Both the position numbers and the translations under genes were made by a program. Below, in pieces: positions 62,500 to 64,000 of a stretch of DNA of 64,000 nucleotides. Below the pieces are notes generated by a model that ran no database searches, had not been told where the DNA came from, and saw only the letters and a program-made list of their open reading frames with translations. The stretch's first letter is position 1, and every line of letters begins with the position of its first letter. This stretch comes from Chlorokybus atmophyticus. Its lineage: Eukaryota > Plantae > Mesostigma and Chlorokybus algae. The stretch spans positions 79,957 through 143,956 of the forward strand of contig RHPI01000026.1 in NCBI GenBank assembly GCA_009103225.1, read 5' to 3'.

Positions 62500-62772
62500 C
62501 TGTGTGTGTATGTGTGTGTGTGTGTGTGTGTCTGTCTGTCTGTCTGTGTGTGTGTGTGTGTGTGTGGATGTGTGTGTGTGTGTGTGTGTCTGTCTGTCTG
62601 TCTGTCTGTGTGTCTGTGTGTGTGTGCGTGCGCGTGTGTGTAAGTGTGTGTGTGTGTCTGTCTGTCTGTCTGTCTGTGTGTCTGTGTGTGTGTGTGTGCG
62701 TGCGCGTGTGTGTGTGTGTGCGTGTGTGTGCGTGTGTGTGTGCGTGTGGGTGTGCGTGTGTGTGTGCGTGTG
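62500..62772. repeat. Compound (GT)n/(GTCT)n/(GCGT)n microsatellite
   Basis: Read directly. Confidence 0.95.
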
Positions 62773-62915
62773 CTAGAGTTGTCTTACAGCGCGTACACCG
62801 GCGTTCTCTCTCGTGCTGTGCTGGATGCAAACCCGTGGCTATACAAGTTGGTTGCACTCAACAGCTTGGCTGTACACGAGTGTCTATATGGCAATCCAAC
62901 GTTGTCCCCACCCAC

Positions 62916-63877
62916 ATGTACAGGTCTGGCGTTCAGTCCAATCGGGTGCTGCTGCTGTGCGCTGCTGTCCTCGCCTTTGCCATTCCTGCTGCCGGACAGA
63001 GTTCCATCTCTGCATGCGCGGCAGTGTTGAACCAGGTACGTGAACGGTCTCTTAGCACAGCTGTTGGTGCGTCAATGCATGCAAGTCTCTCTTGGCTTCC
63101 ACCCCGCAGGACCCTCGCCCTCCTCGCCCTTTGCCTTGCCTTAGTGCCTTTGTTTGTAAGGCTTTATCAAGGGGATGATGCGGCTGACATGCGGTGGCTT
63201 CGCGCAGGGCATCTATAACTCCGTGTCTCAAAGCTCTGCAAGCCAGAGCTACCAGGAGTTCCAAACCAGTCTCTGCACCTACAAAAGCACTTACACTTTC
63301 CAGCAGTACCAGACGGACTCCAGCTCCAGCAGTGCCAGCAGCACATGGCGCAGCGTCGAGGCGGCAGCGAATTACATGGGCGTTTTCGGCGGTAGCGTAG
63401 GAGCCAGCTGGGGAGACTCCCACCTCTCAGCCAATCAATTCAAGCTCTTTCAACAGAACGCAGCTGAGTATCAGGATCATGGCTGTTCTGCATCTTCGTC
63501 TTCCGCCTCTTCTAGCCATGATCTTAAGTACATCAACAACTGGGTCGACCCCAACATCATCAGCGCCTGGCAGTCTTGTGTCAAGAACTTTGCCACCGGG
63601 ACCACCATCCAGAGTACGACGGGCGTGAATGGTGACTCTGTTGCTTTGAACATTGTGTTTGATAGCACAGTGTCCGGCGCAACCGCCTCTCTGAATGGCT
63701 ACTCGGTCACGCCTGCCAAGGCTGCTGCCTGCACTCTCTACGGGCCCAAGGTCACGTCAAGCGCTCAACTGTCTCTGGTGTGGCCGTTGGCGACCTCCGT
63801 TACCTACAACGTCTATTGCGTCATTAACGCGACGGGTCTAACCAGGGCCGTGGACGTGTTCATCTACACCAGTCCGG
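62916..63877 (+). CDS. Secreted Ser/Thr-rich protein of unknown family, 3'-partial
   Basis: Exon 62916-63035 has a signal peptide (VLLLCAAVLAFAIPAAG) and joins in phase 0 to exon 63208-63877, which ends at a GTACGT donor. The gene probably continues beyond the window. Confidence 0.7.
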
Positions 63878-64000
63878 GTACGTGACGCTTGCTGCTGTTA
63901 GTGTTATGGCACATGCCATACACCCCCATCTTCTCTCTCTTTCTCGCATTTATGCGCACACTCGTGCACTTTTATATGCCCCCCCCCCCCCACCCCACCC

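Noticed and set aside
62282-63218. Cys/Val- or His/Thr-rich long ORFs
   Set aside because: They are translations of the GT/CA microsatellite.

Overview
Intron-rich eukaryotic nuclear DNA from a draft assembly (three long N gaps, two single-N joins). It is probably a flagellated green alga or early-diverging streptophyte. This is inferred from a nuclear plant-type ycf45, plant-like DSK2/CAP/PUX genes, a radial-spoke RSP11 gene and land-plant-type SMP domains. About 18 spliced or relic genes can be built by hand; most six-frame ORFs are fragments or microsatellite noise. Recognisable housekeeping genes: ycf45, DSK2, an Sfp-type PPTase, a mitochondrial carrier, RSP11, p47/UBX, CAP and DGAT2. Main points of interest: (1) an intronless relic at 58.26-59.49 kb joining a Fanzor1/TnpB-like N-terminal region to a decayed two-component receiver domain; (2) three SMP (LEA D-34-type) genes built from eight copies of a module with an invariant 84-nt exon; (3) at least nine GC-AG introns, five of them in one gene; (4) a secreted protein whose C-terminal domain resembles an actinobacterial secreted-protein motif; (5) a perfect 599-bp inverted repeat that may be an assembly artefact; (6) a Penelope-like RT fossil and a pogo-type MITE. 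No rRNA, tRNA or CRISPR array was found. All protein-family calls come from recalled motifs, not database searches.
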